A stretch of 9,824 nucleotides of DNA, from positions 1 through 9,824 of IMG/VR virus record IMGVR_UViG_2619619133_000002; one strand, given 5' to 3'. Source of the stretch: a virus. Lineage: Duplodnaviria; Heunggongvirae; Uroviricota; Caudoviricetes. Shown piece after piece: positions 7,475-9,824 of the stretch. Below the pieces are notes generated by a model. That model saw only the letters and a list, made by a program, of their open reading frames with translations, had not been told where the DNA came from and did no database searches. How positions within the stretch are numbered: the first letter of the stretch is position 1; every line of letters starts with the position of its first letter. Made by a program: the position numbers and the translations under genes.

Positions 7475-7502
7475 AGGTTGGCCTCATATGGGGCCAACCT
7501 GT
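7475..7502. other. perfect 10-bp inverted repeat (hairpin) between the convergent cargo operon and Q
   Basis: CAGGTTGGCC (7475-7484), 8-nt loop, GGCCAACCTG (7493-7502). No U-tract on either strand. Confidence 0.4.
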
Positions 7503-7508
7503 GCAACC

Positions 7509-7874
7509 CTAAGCGTCCATTTCAAGGTTAACATCCAACATTGAAAGGCAACCATCAATAAATCCTTCGGCTAGTTGTATTTCTATGCGTACCAATTTTT
7601 CATCCTTTCCACGCACCTTTGCAATCTTACGCTTGGATATTCTGTATAAATAATGTGCCACAAGCAGCGAGTGCTCATCTGGCTTTTTTTGCTTTAGACG
7701 AGCAAGACAACCTTCAATAATTAATGCATCACTATCTGAACAAGCCTGACGTGTTTTGCTTGTGTAGGGAAGAAGCCCCTTAAACCCAGCAGCTATAGGC
7801 GAATAGTCTACTCCAGAACTATCACTCGCCGCCCATGCTCCCCAACGCTCCAGAACCATCTGAATATCACGCAT
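7509..7874 (-). CDS. Q: late antiterminator Q (phage 82 / QuuD-type)
   Basis: MRDIQMVLERWGAWAA... matches the N-terminus of E. coli prophage QuuD-family Q proteins as recalled. ATG at 7874 has GGAG upstream; the ORF track begins one codon earlier at TTG. Confidence 0.85.
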   Translation of the reverse strand: MRDIQMVLERWGAWAASDSSGVDYSPIAAGFKGLLPYTSKTRQACSDSDALIIEGCLARLKQKKPDEHSLLVAHYLYRISKRKIAKVRGKDEKLVRIEIQLAEGFIDGCLSMLDVNLEMDA

Positions 7875-7891
7875 CAACTTTCTCCACCAAA

Positions 7892-8887
7892 TCAGGCCAA
7901 CACACCAATCGCCAGCGCGCGATCGATAAAACGAAATATCAGCTCCAGTTGGGAGCCATACTTCTCTTCAAATGCCACGGTATCCGCATGCAGCTCGTCG
8001 TGATGCTTTCTGCACAAAGGCAACACAAAGAGGTCATGCGCTTTTGTACCCATTCCACCCTGACCGTGACCTATCAGGTGGTGGGGATCATCAGCAGGCT
8101 TTCCACAACATGCACACGGCTGTGTCTTAACCCAGCGCGTGTACTTTTCATTAACCCAGCGGCGGCGTTTTGGGCGTAACATAAAAGACTCCGGCGACTC
8201 CGGATCCACTTTCAGCGCCAGCACCTTTTTCGCTTTATCCTGGATAATGCTGGTGGCAGGAACCGAAGGTACAAGGTCACTTTCCCGGGTGACCGCCTGC
8301 ACAACAGGCTTCGGTAATCTCAGTGCCTTACGGGCTGCGCTTTCCGGTAAGGCATCCGCCAGATCATTACGAACCAGCCACCAGCACAGTTCCGGCATTG
8401 TCACAACGTGACTGTCATCAAAACCAAGATCCCGACGCACAACAGACAACACCCAGCGGGCACAGTTATCCGTTGCCATTGATTCCAGCCGTTCCGTGAA
8501 CTGATCGCGCAGCTGGTTATCGCAGTGCCAGCACAGACGGATTGCGCCCGGAGCGTGTCGCATTGTGGTCATGTTCTCGCTGTGCCAGTCGGAATGAGGC
8601 CACTGGCAGCCTTTTTCACGAAGTAACCAGCTTTCAAGACATTCCACGCCACCAGCACGACGGATCACTGCCTCATTGCGGAACACGGCCCGAACGGCAG
8701 GATCATCCGCCAGCGGTTGTGATGCCGCCGGAACGGCACCACTGGCGAAAGATGAATAACGTTCCGGCTCAGGCTCCAGCAGGACACGCCCCTGCATAAA
8801 CAGGGGCATCAGCTCTGAACCTGGTCTGAACAAAACGATCCCCATACGCGGGGCAATTTCAGGGGTCAGTAGTGCTCTCACGGTCAC
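7892..8887 (-). CDS. DUF968-like prophage protein with C-terminal HNH/zinc-ribbon-like motif
   Basis: 331 aa. C-terminus CACCGKPADDPHHLIGHGQGG...LPLCRKHHDELH. Position immediately upstream of Q matches YdfU-like DUF968 genes in E. coli cryptic prophages (from memory). Apparent GTG start 1 nt after the upstream stop; the true start is uncertain. Confidence 0.65.
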   Translation of the reverse strand: MTVRALLTPEIAPRMGIVLFRPGSELMPLFMQGRVLLEPEPERYSSFASGAVPAASQPLADDPAVRAVFRNEAVIRRAGGVECLESWLLREKGCQWPHSDWHSENMTTMRHAPGAIRLCWHCDNQLRDQFTERLESMATDNCARWVLSVVRRDLGFDDSHVVTMPELCWWLVRNDLADALPESAARKALRLPKPVVQAVTRESDLVPSVPATSIIQDKAKKVLALKVDPESPESFMLRPKRRRWVNEKYTRWVKTQPCACCGKPADDPHHLIGHGQGGMGTKAHDLFVLPLCRKHHDELHADTVAFEEKYGSQLELIFRFIDRALAIGVLA

Positions 8888-8888
8888 C

Positions 8889-9686
8889 TCAATGAACGGT
8901 ATCGAGCAGCTTTAACAGCTCAGGGAATCGGGACTCGAAGAAATGCGGCTGCGTCTCGCGCGGATTTGCGGGACTGGTGATGTTCTTGCCGAACATGCAG
9001 CCTTTCGCTGTCAGCGACCAGAATTTTTTGATGTTGTTAATCGCGGTACGGCTGTATCGTTCGCGCTGCTCGACGATCCCCAGCTTCACCATCTGGTGAT
9101 ATGCCTGATTAGCCGTCAGGCGGATACCATACTGTTTCAGCAGTGCACTCAGTGACAGTGTCGGGCGACTTGAGCCATCGTGTGCATCAGCAGGAGCATC
9201 AATGGCATAGCGCGGTGCCAGATTCGGTAAGCCAACAGCCTCCTGAAGCTTCTGACAGGCTCCAAGCACTGATGAGTTAGACAGGTTTAATTCCCGGCGC
9301 ATAAAGTCCAGCAGGATCACGCCAGCCTGCATCTTGTCAGCAGCCTGCCCGGATAATTTTTCAGGTGTGCTGGTTACCATATCGAAAGTACGGATCACCT
9401 TCAGATGGAATGACGGGCTGATCCACATTGCATAGGCATACACCAGTTCTTTGCAGACATACGTCCCCTGGTTATTTCCGCCACGAATAACGTTAACTGG
9501 CTCTATATTGACCGAGTTGCAAATTTGCAACTCGCTTATTAAACGTTCAGTTTGCTCATTGCGGAGCCAGAATGCAGGCTTATGCTTATCCAGAGAACCG
9601 GCAGCCCTGTGCAGATCGTTCAGGCTGTAACGCCCATAAGCATCACGACGAACTTCAATACCATCAATAACCATCAGATTATTCAT
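8889..9686 (-). CDS. KilA-N domain-containing protein
   Basis: N-terminus MNNLMVIDGIEVRRDAYGRYSLNDLHRAAG...FWLRNEQTERLISEL fits the KilA-N pattern (IDG.EIR.D..GR..LNDLH). Strong AGGAGA RBS upstream of ATG 9686. Confidence 0.7.
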   Translation of the reverse strand: MNNLMVIDGIEVRRDAYGRYSLNDLHRAAGSLDKHKPAFWLRNEQTERLISELQICNSVNIEPVNVIRGGNNQGTYVCKELVYAYAMWISPSFHLKVIRTFDMVTSTPEKLSGQAADKMQAGVILLDFMRRELNLSNSSVLGACQKLQEAVGLPNLAPRYAIDAPADAHDGSSRPTLSLSALLKQYGIRLTANQAYHQMVKLGIVEQRERYSRTAINNIKKFWSLTAKGCMFGKNITSPANPRETQPHFFESRFPELLKLLDTVH

Positions 9687-9705
9687 ACTTCGTTTCTCCT
9701 CTTAA

Positions 9706-9824
9706 TCAGGCGGCTGCCCCCGCCGGTTTCTCGTACTTACTGATAGTGATCTCGACCTTCCCTTCCGGGATAACCGGTCCCCACTCCACCAGCATTCTTT
9801 TCACCTGACTGTCGTCTTCCCACA
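9706..9824 (-). CDS. partial CDS, C-terminal end only; product unknown
   Basis: Open frame from the window edge to TGA at 9706-9708, ending ...WEDDSQVKRMLVEWGPVIPEGKVEITISKYEKPAGAAA. The 5' end is outside the window. Confidence 0.35.
   Translation of the reverse strand, partial: WEDDSQVKRMLVEWGPVIPEGKVEITISKYEKPAGAAA

Noticed and set aside
6402-7487. Minus-strand ORFs 6402-6608 and 7077-7487 antisense to the cargo genes
   Set aside because: AT-rich regions generate long antisense frames. The + strand genes have proper starts, RBS and operon spacing, whereas these do not.
7474-7508. Expected position of pR'/qut immediately downstream of Q
   Set aside because: No acceptable -35/-10 pair could be aligned here; the interval is occupied by the inverted repeat, so no promoter was called.
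7835-9743. + strand ORFs 7835-8179, 8139-8411, 8542-8799, 8943-9155 and 9552-9743, antisense to the DUF968 and KilA-N genes
   Set aside because: Antisense overlaps with low-complexity translations and no RBS; the minus-strand genes are better supported.
1-9824. Scan for CRISPR arrays, IS elements or transposases, integrase and attachment sites
   Set aside because: No short direct repeats with spacers, no transposase- or integrase-like translation, and no recognisable att core were seen. Prophage ends are presumably outside this window.

Overview
This 9.8 kb window (about 50% GC overall, with two clearly AT-rich islands) reads as a fragment of a defective lambdoid prophage in an enterobacterial (E. 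coli-like) genome. Almost all genes lie on the minus strand. Read along the minus strand from 9824 down to 1, the order is: a partial upstream ORF, a KilA-N domain protein, a DUF968-like protein, a phage-82/QuuD-type Q antiterminator, an AT-rich two-gene cargo operon on the opposite (+) strand (313-aa soluble protein plus a small 4-TM membrane protein), the lysis cassette (lambda-type S holin, R endolysin, Rz with embedded Rz1), a second AT-rich single-gene moron, an HNH endonuclease, a GC-rich palindrome, a P27-family small terminase, a large terminase cut off after its ATPase domain, a short tail-fibre gene carrying a hix/gix-like invertase crossover site, and two convergent tail-fibre-assembly genes that indicate an invertible tail-fibre segment running off the left edge. 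The strongest candidates for an undescribed system are the two AT-rich cargo modules: the soluble-plus-4-TM pair between Q and S, which has RexA/RexB-like architecture, and the stand-alone moron with an Rx5H (HEPN-like) motif. All family assignments come from reading the translations and recalling known proteins; no database search was run.
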